Source: Vairimorpha necatrix | Lineage: Eukaryota | Direction: 5' to 3' | Length of the DNA stretch: 64,000 bases | Assembly (NCBI GenBank): GCA_036630325.1 | Contig: CP142734.1 | Location: forward strand, 434,001-498,000 | In this document: positions 38,183 through 51,400 of the stretch, piece after piece | Layout: every line of letters begins with the position of its first letter | How positions within the stretch are numbered: the first letter of the stretch is position 1 | Notes under the pieces: generated by a model | Seen by the model: only the letters and a program-made list of their open reading frames with translations | Told to the model about the DNA's origin: nothing | The model's database searches: none | Made by a program: the position numbers and the translations under genes

Positions 38183-41100
38183 GGGGGAATGAAGAGAATT
38201 AGTTTATATACAATAAGTTATGAGAACAATTGTCATTTATGTACTGCAATAAAGTGTTGTTATGATAAAAAAAGGTAGATTTTTCTCAAGTTATAAATCA
38301 TGTAATTATATTAACAATAAATTAATAAACAAACAATTAAAAATATAGACATAATTTTCACGGGTATTCGTCATAAATTTAATATCACAAAACCATAATA
38401 ACAACGGATACAGATAAACTAGGTATATATTATATATGTAAAAATATAATACTATATCTTTATTTTGTTTTCATGTGAATCTGATGTCTACAAACGTTCT
38501 ACAGTTGTTTTTTTGTAACTTCTATTATACTTACAATATCTTACTGATCATTTAACCCGATCTCATACAAGAAAGCTGATACTATCATACATTAATTGTA
38601 ATTTGTGTTTATGTTAAATCTAAAATAAGAGAAAACCAAGGATATTTAATCAATTGAATTGTAGTCACTTTTTACAATTACACTAAAAAACATGCTGAGG
38701 TTTTAAACACTATCCACGCTTTGACAAACAGTCATTGCAAAATTATAAGAATACATATGTGTTTTTATATACAGTCTTGAGAGAGGTATGTTTATAATAT
38801 AACGTATATAATGATTTAAATGAATCATACTGTCCCCATTTTTTTGCGACGTTTACAATATTACTCCACGTTGATCTAAGACAAATACATAATTACAAAA
38901 TTATACCCTTCCCCTTCGTCAATAAATCAAATGTTTAAATTTATATATTGTCAAATCTGCCAATTTGTTTGCTTCTGATCATGGAGGCCATCTGATCGTT
39001 GCAATCATTTTTTATTTCAATATATAAAAATATAAAAACATTTTAATTGCATATTGTCGTGATTTTTCTATAGATTAGAAACTTATTTATAACAGATGAC
39101 GTTGTTTAATTTTTTGCTACAATCATACTCAATCTTCTCTCTTTCATTCCAAAAGCCAATCAAGATGATCTGGTAAGTCTTTTTTAGAGTCGAGATTAGA
39201 TGTAATTAATTATTCGTACAGTAATATAAGTTTTTCTTTAAATCTATAATAAAACGAGATATTTACAGCATATAATTAAATGTAATAAATACCAAATACA
39301 TAGCTTAAGAAATTTGCAAAATCCAAAAATATACAATATATTGCAATCCATTTAATATAATGCAATCTGTAATATAACATGTCAGTTATTAAGAAAAAAA
39401 TACAGTTTATTGGTCTTATTTTATAGTGCTGTGGAGAGTTTTATTAATCTTAATACTATGTTTATTTGTCTTTTTAAGTTTTATATCAAGATATATTATA
39501 TTAAAAGATTGAATTACATTTCAAATTTAATTGAGTATACATATCAGTTTACATAATTACATCTTTTTTATTCATATTTAACGCAGAAGTTTGGATTAAT
39601 GTAATTTTATAAGCATAATTAGAAATAGACAAATAAAGCAATACAAAAAAAATATAAAATCAGTTGACATATGTAATTTTGATTTGCTTGGGTTTTTTTT
39701 AGCCCCATAAACATTTTATATTTTTTATTATCAAAACTAAATACAATAGAAACAAATATTATACATCTTCGCAATTTCAAAGATCATGATAGAAAAATGA
39801 TGTATTCGAAGAGGACAATAATGCTCAAGAGGTAAATATATTTTCGTAGCTCAAAGAATACAAATAAATAGAAAGCGAGAAAGGCAATTTAAATATACAA
39901 TTTAGGAAAAAAAAGTAATTATGAATTTTTTCAAAAATTACAAACGGCATCTAAAATGATTTATTATGTCGCATTTCTTTTCAATTTGTATTTAATATAA
40001 AATCATCTAGGGCGATAAATTTAAGACTATTGATAGGAGATTAAATAAATATTTGCATATAACTAATACTGAAGTATTTTGCCATGAAAATAAAAATCAA
40101 AGTAAAATTTTAAATGACGTTATATATATAACTACTATATAGCATTTCTAGAGATCTGTTGCACAAATGTAAACGATTAAAAAGAAGACTTGCTTTAAAT
40201 AATTCCTATTTGTACATCATAAAACATATGAAAGCTTTAATGGAAGTGCTATTTTGTCATCCCAGGTTTTAGATTGTTTTAGAATGTCTTGTTTTTCCTT
40301 ATATTCCAATACGTGGCAATTAACGATTTTGAATGTAAAAAACTGTATACAAACATACATAAGACGTTTTTATGTTTTATTTTGCCTAAAATTTTAATAT
40401 TTAAACGTGCCAATTTGACATTGTCTTTTGATTTGTTGTGTTTATTTTAATAATAATTCATTGAAATTTACGTCCATTATCGTTAAAATTATTTTGCTTT
40501 CTTGTATTTTATTTTTTATTTGAATATTTTTAAAATTTCGTGATGAAATAATGCGTATCTATCATTACCGTAAAAATTTTTTTAAAGAATATAACGTCGC
40601 ATCATGAATTTTTATTTATATATATATATATTTGTTCTTCTATAAGCACATTTTCAAGGTTTTCAACTAAAAATTTTGTTTTTTTTTTAGTAGATAAAAA
40701 TAATCTAGATTTGTTTTCTTCATAAAAAAACTACTTTGTGCATACTTTAATCTGGTGATTTTTAAAGTGTATTTTATTTCGTATGTTACTATTATAAAAA
40801 CATATTCATGTTTGGGCGAACACTATGATTTTTTACCAGTTTATACAAAACTTTGGGTTTTTTTTCTTATCTTGATTTATTAAGTGAAAATTCATGAAAA
40901 TTAACTAAATCATAATGCTCATTGTAAATTAAATTTGTTTTTATTTTCTAATTTCAAAGCTTCCTTATAAACTATAATTTCGTAGTAAGAGTCGAGCGAG
41001 ATATAATAAATTATCTACGGTATAATAAGTTTGTTTATGGAACCTTTTTGCGTCTAACTAAAGTGTTAAGCATCTAATTTAGAATTTCTCCATAAGGATG

Positions 41101-44100
41101 CTACAATATTGTTGTGGTAAATAACGATACGTGAAGTAATCGTTTCAGACAATTTGGTTCAAGTCCATGAAGGGTACAATTTAATAAGACGCTATAAGCT
41201 AATAAATGAACAAGCCCTTGTATACCAAAAGACTATCTTGTGAGAACCATTTTAAGGATTCTGTAATAATATGGTCATAACTATAGACAGGCTAGTAATC
41301 AATGCGGTCCAAAAATACTGAAATTATGTAGTGGTATAAGGAAACGTTTAAAAACTCCAGATAATAGCAACGACATTTGTTTTAGTACGATGATTTCTTT
41401 TGTAAGTGATTCAAAAATGTCAATTTGATATACGCCTTTGCAGTAAGGTGGATGCTATTTGAGGCATTGATGATACAGTTTTTTTTAAAAAACTAAATTC
41501 TATTTAGTATCCGAAGTTGCTGCAATGGTAATTTGAGGGGGAAAATTAGTGAGAAATGACAGTCATAGTTCTACAAAGATCAAACACGAATCATCATGGT
41601 GTATATATAGAATTTTATTTTTATCTACAAAAAAAATAATTAAACATTCAGATTTAAGTTTGTACAATTATTAATTTGATGTTCATGTCTTGTTTTTTTA
41701 TTATCTAATGACAAAAAATACTATAAATCTAATTATAGAAAAAAGTAATTACGAATATAAAAATAAACTACAGGTCGCAATATTTTATTTCGAAGTTTTC
41801 CCAGCTAAAATTAGATTATTGCTTTATTAAATCTAACGAGGATAGGCATTTATCATATAGGCTTAGACGTTTTTATTTAATCAATAACAAATGCATTTTC
41901 CTTGCATTTAAAAATGTGATTTGTGAACTCTTCATAGAAAAGACTTAAAAATATTTTCTATTTGAGATAATATTTATTTATTAATACATTTTAATGCTTT
42001 TATTATGTTTCTTTGTACGATAAGAACTTGTGGATTGTTTCATTGAAATTTTTGATTGTAAGACAATATAAGTGTTCCTTGATCCAAATTATTTTCTTAT
42101 TTCTATCTATATTCCTTGTATAAAAATAAATTTATCCTGCTTTTTATTCTTTTTTTTATATTTTTGCATTCTTAAAACTGTTTGTTATATCATAATTTCA
42201 ATTAAAGTATAGATTAGAATGGTTAAAACGAATTTTCATTGTATTTGCACATAACGTGCTACAACAATATTATATACATATTTAATTTTTATAATCATTC
42301 TTCAAAATATAGTTAGATGCTTTTTAGGATTTTTTCTTTTTAAAAAATTTGCAAAACGTTTTATCATTTAAATGAAGATACAGTCGAATGCAATAATTTA
42401 AACTGTACTTTTTAAAACGAAAATAATTCTTTGAATATTGCCATTTTGAATCATTTTTATTTGACATGTTTGTTGAAAAATGTATTAGGCTTAAACATTT
42501 TTTGAATTAGTAATTTTAAGCATACGGGAGAACCGTTTTTTAGACATGATTTATAAATTTTGCTTTTATATAGATGGCGGTATGTTACCTAATAAAAAAA
42601 AGTTTATTTATTTTTGTCAACCTCCAATCGTATTTTGTTTTCTAAAACCAATTTTTAAAGTGGGTCTTCACTGTAAACAATAAATATAGACATATTGAAC
42701 AAAAAAAATCTAATTGCCTATACTACCTTTCTCTTTTTTGCATTTATACTTTGAGAAATTAAATAATCAAATATTTAAGGATTAATTTAGTATTTTTAAT
42801 CCCAAAAGATTACAAAAACCAAAATTATAGAATTTGCTATTTTAAATATTTAAGTTATATCTTTACATATTTATGTACCTTTTAAAAACAATTTAATTGT
42901 TTTTATTTTATTTTAAAAGCTATTTTAAAAAAAAATTTTTTCTTTTAAAATATTTTTTCCCATGATAAAAAATAAAAAAATTAGCGATGACTTATAAATC
43001 TATAATATGTGTTTTTAAACATGAAATTTATTGATTATTAATTTTTTAAAGTTTCTTCTCTTACTGAAAAAAAATTACTCATCTATATCCGTTATTTACA
43101 AATATGATATCTAAATACGATTTTTCACACACTAAGAAATATGCAAATCTAAAAAATTAAATAGCTCAAATTTAATTTTCAGTCTTAAATTAAGCAATGT
43201 AAAAATCTTTTACATGATTTTTCAATTTTAAAAAAAATACAAATTAGTTTAAAATGTGTGTTAATAGAATAAATCTGTTTAAACCCCATTTTTTATCTTA
43301 ATATTTATTAGTATTGATAGATAGAAGCGTATTAACAACAACTTAAGATGAATAATAAATTCAAACGATAAAAAAATAAGCTCATGATACTTAATGCCAA
43401 TATATAACAGTGGATAAACAAAGAACAACGTTGAAATTATAAAAAAACCATAACATTTTTAAATTCCGTGATCAAGTGGCTACATAACATCTTTATGAGG
43501 AATTTCTTGTGAGGAGAAAAATTTAAGTGATATAGACCATATAAAACTTTAAGTGATAGTATAGAAGTTAAATAAGGGAAACCACTGTTCAATATGACAC
43601 TACACGAAAGCATCCACATATTAAATTACTTATAAAACTTCTAGAAAATTCTCCATATAGTTTTTATGTAATTTTTGAAGTTTTCTTATTATTGCCAGAT
43701 CTGTTTGGGTTGTTATAGTCAATAAATGGGTTTACGAATTGTTTTTAGTAATCTCAATTCGAAACACACTTTATTAGAGTTTTTTGATAAGCAATTCTAT
43801 TTTATACAATAGAGTATTATATCTTGGTTTTTTTTGTTTTAATCATACGAGAATAGTATTTTATAGCTCAAAATATTCTATAATCTTCTTAATATAGTCA
43901 TACTATATTTTTTATCATTATTTTTACATTATAGAAGCTAATATTATTGAGGAATAAAAAAAATTAGTTAAATAATAAAAAGCATCCTAAATGAAAAACA
44001 TGAAAATAAACAAGTATTTTTCTAAAATTATAAATAATAATTAATGCCCGAGAGACTTAATTTTCTGTTAGGCAAAGGCAAATATCATACCGGACTCGAG

Positions 44101-44269
44101 GTAGTTTTTTTTTAACATTTACAATATATGTCATTATCATAATAGCTCTAGTTTGATAATGAAAATGTATTTTAAGTGTCGTAAGTATTCTGCAAGGTAG
44201 ATAGAACGCCCATTTCTTAATTTTAAGAAAACGCGATACGAAGAATTAGTAGTATATATATTTTTCTTT

Positions 44270-45039
44270 TTTTTTTTCTTGCAAGTAAGGGGTAGAAATA
44301 AACCTTACATAGGGACCAGGGGGATTTGGGTGTGATCCTCATCCAACTGGTACTGTGAGATTCTTACTCACTAAAACTCCCTCCATACAACTTGCCGGTG
44401 GAGCAAGCTCCGCCGTATCCATTGGACTTTGGCTCCAGGAGAACATTTTCCATTTATACCTCAAATCGCGTCCAGAGTGAACTCAAAGCGTATATATTTA
44501 ACGGGCATGGCTATCTATACCCCGAGGAAAAATATCATCGTACTGACTCAAAGGTCCCTACAATCATCTGCATTGCACACACGGCTCCTTACACGACCAC
44601 ATCCCCAGCCCGGCTTTTTTTATTGGGCTGCGTTGACCACCAGTCTCCCACTAGTTTCGGCCACCGTGTTACAGAATCTTGTAGGATAGGGCCCTACTTC
44701 GTCTAGTCTCTTAGTTAGCTCTAGGATCCCACTCTAGAGTGCACCAGCCATGGGCTCCAACTAGGCCGTACCCATTAGATACTTTTATGTATCATTAAGT
44801 CACCAAAGAGTGATACTGTTTTTTGGCCTTGAGGTGCGTTTCTACACTAGATGCTAATTCCCCTGTGGCTGGACACACACAAGTTTCATTGAATCAACTT
44901 AATGATTATCGTGGACATTTTCATCATCTGAGTTGTTCCAACTGCATCATAGAAAGTAGAAACAATTTTGGTGCCCCTGGGAATCGAACCCAGCCATTGC
45001 TCAATGGAAGCATAGCATTCGCTTGTGCTAAGGGCACCT
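44270..45039 (-). mobile_element. tRNA-derived SINE-like retroposon, ~770 bp
   Basis: tRNA-like head at 45038-44969 with A-box-like TAGCACAAGCG and B box GGTTCGATTCC. GC-richer non-coding body and A-rich tail. 15-bp TSD TATATATTTTTCTTT at 44255-44269 and 45040-45054. Confidence 0.85.
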
Positions 45040-45633
45040 TATATATTTTTCTTTGTATATAGGATTTTTTTGTAAAAAATTTATGAACATTACAAGGTAT
45101 GATCTGTGTATTAAAACTTTAAAAATTTTGCTATAAATTATAAAAAATGAAAAATGGAATAGATGATGCAGTAATTGTCGAATATAAAAACAATGCAAAA
45201 AACTGTCAATTGATATAATAATTATGTATCGTACAATGCACACCAATAAAACAAAATATTTAGCTTTCATTGATTAAATTAAGAGCAATACATAATTTTT
45301 TGGCTAGAAAAGGAGGTTCTGAAAATAATAAGTAATGATTTTAAACTTTAAATGCGAGAGAATGCATAAATAAATTTTCCGCTTAGCGCATTACAGAAAT
45401 CAATAGTATTAATGTTATCTTAGAGCGCGCCTGCAAAAAAAATAAGAATTCTGTTAGATGCCTTTGAAACAGTAAAAATCTATCAGAACCATCAGCTATT
45501 CAGCTAGAGCTATCAAAAAAATGTCCTGCGAAGTTTTATATAATTCAATATTATTTAAATGCAATTGGAATATTTGCTAAATTACAATGTGTCTATACTT
45601 CTTACCTATAAATAGGAACAATATCACTAGTGT

Positions 45634-46776
45634 GGTCCTATCAGGAAAATCGACCCACAAAAAAAACATAAATTGAGTATCCAAACATTTTTCTAGAAGT
45701 AAAGCAAAATCATGGGGAATTGAATATTTTTTTTTATATTGGCAATGTCTTTTACGCCAAAAAATTCTTTCAAAAATTTAGAGATAGATTATAGTTTAAC
45801 TCACTTCTTTTTCTATAATCGTGGTCTAAGTTGGACCAGAAATTTTCAATCTGGTTTGTATGACCACCCTCTCCATTAACAAATCCCTTACTATGATTTA
45901 CTAATTCATGTACTGATCCAAAATTAGCCACAGCTTTAGGATATGATGAATATCCATCAGAAACAATAATAGTTCCTGGGAGTATATATTTTTTAAACTT
46001 TTCTAATAGAGTTTCATGTTTTCTATTAGGAACTAATGAAACAAAAAAATTCGTTCCATCACCTTCTATAGCTCCTCCAAGTATCCATTGTATACTTTAA
46101 GTATCGTCTTGTATAGACGATGGATTATCAATCACCAGACCATTGCATATGGCCGTTATATCAATTTGAATACGTGTATTTCCTCCACCTATCTTTTCAA
46201 TTCTAGAAGGAGTCTCACTTATAAAATCTATTAATACATTTTTAAATTCATTGTATGTGGACTCGGCCATCTGACCAAAATTAATAGCTTGATAATTGGT
46301 GTATGAAAAGACCCAACAATACAAGTACCTTAGAATCTTTTTAATTATATAACCAATTAAAAAAATTTGGTGCTTTTTTTTAAGGAGCACTTTCTTTTAC
46401 ATTTTTTACTTGGGCATTTGTACCCTTTCTTATCAATGAAAAAAGCTGTTTTAATTATTTTCATGTTTCTTACACAAGAATTAGATACACATGGCATAAC
46501 AGGTTTTGTTACACCCATTTCTAATCAAAGTGTAATTGCCATGTCATTATCTTGGAATATAAGATTCCAAGGATCAAGTTCTCCTACCTTTATTAAAATT
46601 CCTTCTACTAGCATAATGGGTAAGACAATGGAAAAAAATACTATAGCTTAGAAAATCGACCCCCAGAAAAAAAAATAGACAAAAGAGTAAAAAATCGAGA
46701 GATTTTTTGATTTTAAAGAAGTGATTATTTTTATATACTGTTTTAAGTAGAGGGGGTCAATTTTCCTAATAGCGCC
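45634..46776 (-). mobile_element. Merlin DNA transposon 2 (degenerate)
   Basis: ~23-bp imperfect TIRs (GGTCCTATCAGGAAAATCGACCC / GGCGCTATTAGGAAAATTGACCC). 8-bp TSD-like ACTAGTGT/ACTAATGC. Transposase fragments KIGGGNTRIQID, WILGGAIE, SDGYSSY, HTNQIENFWS. Confidence 0.85.
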
Positions 46777-48442
46777 ACTAATGCTAAATGCCGCATTTAA
46801 ATTTTATCCCGCAAAAAATTAATATATAAATGATTTTTGTCTAAAATATACAAAAATAACATTAAAAATAAATTTGATATTGTTTTATGTAAAAAATTGA
46901 TTTTATATTACAAATATTAATAATACATTAGTATCTTATAAAAAATACCAAATTATTTTGGGGGTTTTCTGCGACGTATTGTATTGGTGTACAAATCTAT
47001 GATATGCAAATTATACAGAGGCAAGCAGAAAATAAAAATCTTTTTTTATTTTTAATTTTTGTATGTGTAAACCTTTTAAATATAACAACAAAAAAACTAT
47101 GCTTTATTTTTACGTTTTTTGATGTTTTCTATTTTCTGGTTTTCTGATAAATTTTTATCTCTTTTATGTCAAGTCTTTGATCTGATTAACTATTTCTATA
47201 ATATTCATTTTTTACGTTTAATCGTGTCATCTTAAATTTTTTTTAAATTTATGTGACTAATCATTTAGTCGAACATTTTATTTGTTCAATTGTCTTTCTT
47301 TTACAAACTAAAACAAAAATTCAAAAAATGGCTGTATATTATAAAAAAATAAATTACTTACATCTACACTTTTTTAAAATATATCGTATGTTTATATGTA
47401 AAGAATAATTCCATTATGCGCATTATGAAATTCTTTCATGTTTTTTGTTGAGATTTACATTTTAAAAAAAAATAAACGATAAATTTCAGATTAATTTTTT
47501 TTACATTTAATTGAAGTTGTATTATTGGTATTAAAAATATCTTTCTAAAAGTCAAATATGTATGTGCATTAAATCTTTTTGCAAATACTTAATTTAGTAT
47601 TACATATAAAATTATTTTAACAAAAGCAAATAATCGCACAGTGAATACATGACTAAAAAAGCATGTAGACAGCAGAATATAATAAAAATAAGTCTAAGAT
47701 GATAACTCTTTGATCTAGAATTACTTAGAGTAATAAAAATTTAAAAGTAAAATTTTAATACTATATTTTAATAAGAATTACATATTGAATAAACTAAAAT
47801 ATCACAAACACATTAAAAAATCATGATTTACTAAGTATAAATAAAATTAATAATTGCAAGTTTATACTGTGCTGAAAGCATGAAAGCAAAAAACTGTTTT
47901 GTTTAAAAATACGATAACAACAATGAACACTACAAAGATCAAGATACAATTGAATATAATTGTTATTTAAACACATAATGACAACAAAAATAAAATACTA
48001 TTAAGAAGTCTTATATAAATTACAAAGAGAAAGTAGAATCATGTTAAATGCCAATAAAAAAAATTTGCAATAATATCTAAGCATAGATAATAATTAAAAG
48101 ATGCTACTTATGTACATTATAAATCTTAGACAATATATAAAAAACAGAATACAATATAAAAATACAAAAAATAAAAATTATATTTTAATGTAAAAGATAA
48201 ATAATTTTCATGTTTTGCATTATCACTTTAAAATATATAAGAGCATGAACAATAATACCGCAGAAATGTAATACTAGATTCACGGGGTAAATTCAAATCT
48301 GAATTTAAGACATTAAAGTAGTCGTGTGTTATATATATTTTGAAATTGAGAAAACAAACTGAGACAAAATATTAGAGAAAAAAAATATTTTTTTATTTTT
48401 TCTGCTTAAAAACTTAAAGATTACGTTTACAGATATACACGG

Positions 48443-51400
48443 TGTTAAATAAAGTTTCTCCTTCCTTTTCATAATATTTTTAGATGGGTAAAATATTTAT
48501 TTATTATTTATAGTAAATATTTTACAGTAGATACTTTGGGTAAGTATCTACTGTAAAATATTTACAGGATAATCTCTGTAACTAGATTATCATCCTGTAA
48601 CATACTCCCTTTCTTTAAACTCTCCCAATCCGTGGGATCCGAGTTCTCAATTAGTTGTAAGTCTTTTTCATTATACCGAAATAGTTTTCCATACATGTCC
48701 TCAATCTCAAAACCACCAGAGTCAAACTTTCTTCTTACCAGATAAGGTCCTGTCCATTTATCATCAAGCTTATTCAGTTTTTCAAATGGTTCCTTTTTCT
48801 TCATAACCGCATCTCCTACTTTAATATTTTTGCCTTTAACTCTATCATTCGTGCGTTGTATGTCTCTATTTCTATCTTCTATCACCTTTTCGTGTAACTT
48901 TTTCCGTAACAACTCAATCTTCTTAAGTGTATCATTTTCTTCTATAAATACTGCTCCACCATCTTCTTTCTCCGTAGTTATATCCTTAGGCTCTCTCCCA
49001 TATAACAATCTAAAAGGACTACTCTTGAATTTTATTAGTGGTGTTATCCTATATGCGTATAGCGCGATTGGTAGGAACATATCCCACTCTGACCATCTTC
49101 CATTGCATATCTTAGCCAACCTTGCAATAAGTGTACGGTTTAGTCTCTCCGTTTGTCCATTACATCTTGGATGGTAGGCGCTTGTAAACGACTTCCTAGT
49201 ATTTATCATTAAACACAATTTTTTTTATGATTTTATTGTTAAACTCAAGTCCTTGATCAGTCAAAATTACTTCCGGAGGTCCATGTCTCAATAAAAATTC
49301 TTCATAAATAAATTTCGCTACAGATTCCGCATCTTTTCTTTTTAAAGCTCTCACTTCTGCCCATTTAGTTAGGTAGTCTGTTCCTACCAGAATAAATTTA
49401 TTTCCACCGTCTGTTGTGGGTAACGACCAACTATATCCAACCCAATCATATTGAACGGACTTTTTATTTCCACACGTCTAATTTTATTTTGCAACGTCTT
49501 GTCTCTAAATCTTCTACAAGTTTCACAGTTACGAATGTATTCAACTACTCTGTTTCTTATATTTGGTACACTCGCAATATTTCTGATGTACATTATAGTA
49601 GAATCTATACCTCCATGGCCAAGCTCTAAGTGCTCTCTGTATCAGTTTTAATATTGTTTCATTGTCTTCTTCAACATTTATTCTTTCTTCATTTTTAACC
49701 ACTGTTTGACACTTTCTTAATTGGCAATTTTCTAATACACCACGTGAAAGTACATCAGCCAAAACGTTATTTGAACCTTTTATATGTTCGATTTCATATT
49801 TATAGTTTTGCAGTTTCATTATCTATCTTGCCAATCTCCCTATAGGTGTTTTCTGTTTCATTAACCATATTAATGAACTATGATCTGTCCTGATGATAAA
49901 ATTGTTAGACAAATATACTTTAAGTTTTTCAATAGACCATACAATAGCTAAACACTCTTTCTCAGTTGTAGTGTAATTAATTTCGGCGCTATTTAGCGTT
50001 CTACTTATCCACGTTATAGGCATTTCTTTTCCCGTATCTGTAAATTGTGTAAGTACTCCCGCAATTCCAATGTCCGAGGCATCAGTATACAAATAAAATG
50101 TCTTATTCATATCTGGTAAAAGTAAAGGTTTGGCATTTAATATTTCTTGTTTCAGGAGCTCTAAAGCATTTTCTTCTTCGTCTCCAAATATAAAGTTACC
50201 TTTCTTTAACCTTTTTAATAACGGCATAGCCTTCATGGTATATGATGGTATAAATCGTTTAAAATATACTATAAATCCTAAAAGTTTTCTTAAGTCGCTG
50301 ACGTTCTTTGGATTTTCTAGGGTGTTAACCTTATCCAATTGGTCCGATTTAATTTTAAGTTCTCCATTCTCTACAGTGTGTCCTAAAAAATCAATTTTAC
50401 TCACTGCGAATGCACATTTTTTCATGTTAAGTCTGAGTCCAAATTTTGACAAAATTTCCAGGACTTCTCTCACATCGTCGACATGTTTGTCTTTCCCTCT
50501 TGAGAATATTAAAATATCATCAAGGTAAACAACTACTTTCCTCCAAAGTATATCTTTAAATATCCAATTCATAATCTTCTGAAACGTAAAAGGGGCATTG
50601 ACTAAGCCAAATGGCATCTTAGTCCATTCATATACACCTTGCTTTACAATAAATGCAGTTTTATGAATATCTCTTGGGTTCACTTCGATCTGATGGTAAC
50701 CCATCTCCAAATCTAAAGTGGAGTACATATTTTTCCCTTGAATAGCATCTATTGCTTTATCCATGTGGGGGATCGGGTATGGCGTACTGATTGTGTTTTC
50801 ATTCAACTTTCTATAGTCAATACACATTCTCATACCTCCGTCTTTTTTAGGTGCAAGCACTACGGGGGAAACATAATTACTCGTGCTCTCTCGTATTAAT
50901 CCATTCTGTAACATCTCATCTATTTTATTTTTAATTATGAGATTCTGTTGCGGATTTCTTCTATATGGTTTACAACATATAGTTTTACTTTGATCTTTAA
51001 GTTTAATATCATGTCTAAAAGGTAGAATTTTCTCCTTATTTCCGGATTCTTTCATATATTTATACAGTAAGCACCTAATATTTTTATTGACTTCTTCATG
51101 TTCACCAAACTTGCATTCTAATGCCTCTATTTCCATGGGTATTTCCTCGCTTATTACTGATTTTAAACTGTACTCTTCTGTTTCCAATTTAAGCCTTGTT
51201 CCATCATTAAAGATTTCAATTTCATTTTCTTCCCAATGAACTTTAATACCTAAATGTCTACTTGTTATACTACCGATGAGTATATTTTCATTAAGATCTT
51301 CCATTACCGCAAATTCTGTTTCGTAAGCGTGCATGTTATTTTTATCACGCAATACCGCTTTTAACATGCCTACCGAGCTATCCTTTCTAGTTGCTAAATT

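Noticed and set aside
44650-44710. Hammerhead-like GGCC..GGCCGAAAC on the minus strand of the SINE body
   Set aside because: No CUGANGA core adjacent to the stem, so it is unsupported without a covariance search.
44969-45038. Functional tRNA gene
   Set aside because: The D loop lacks GG and the anticodon loop is non-canonical. It is the head of a TSD-flanked, A-tailed element.
44392-45062. Short ORFs within the GC-rich block
   Set aside because: No ATG/CCC start context and no recognisable motifs; they are by-products of higher GC in the SINE.
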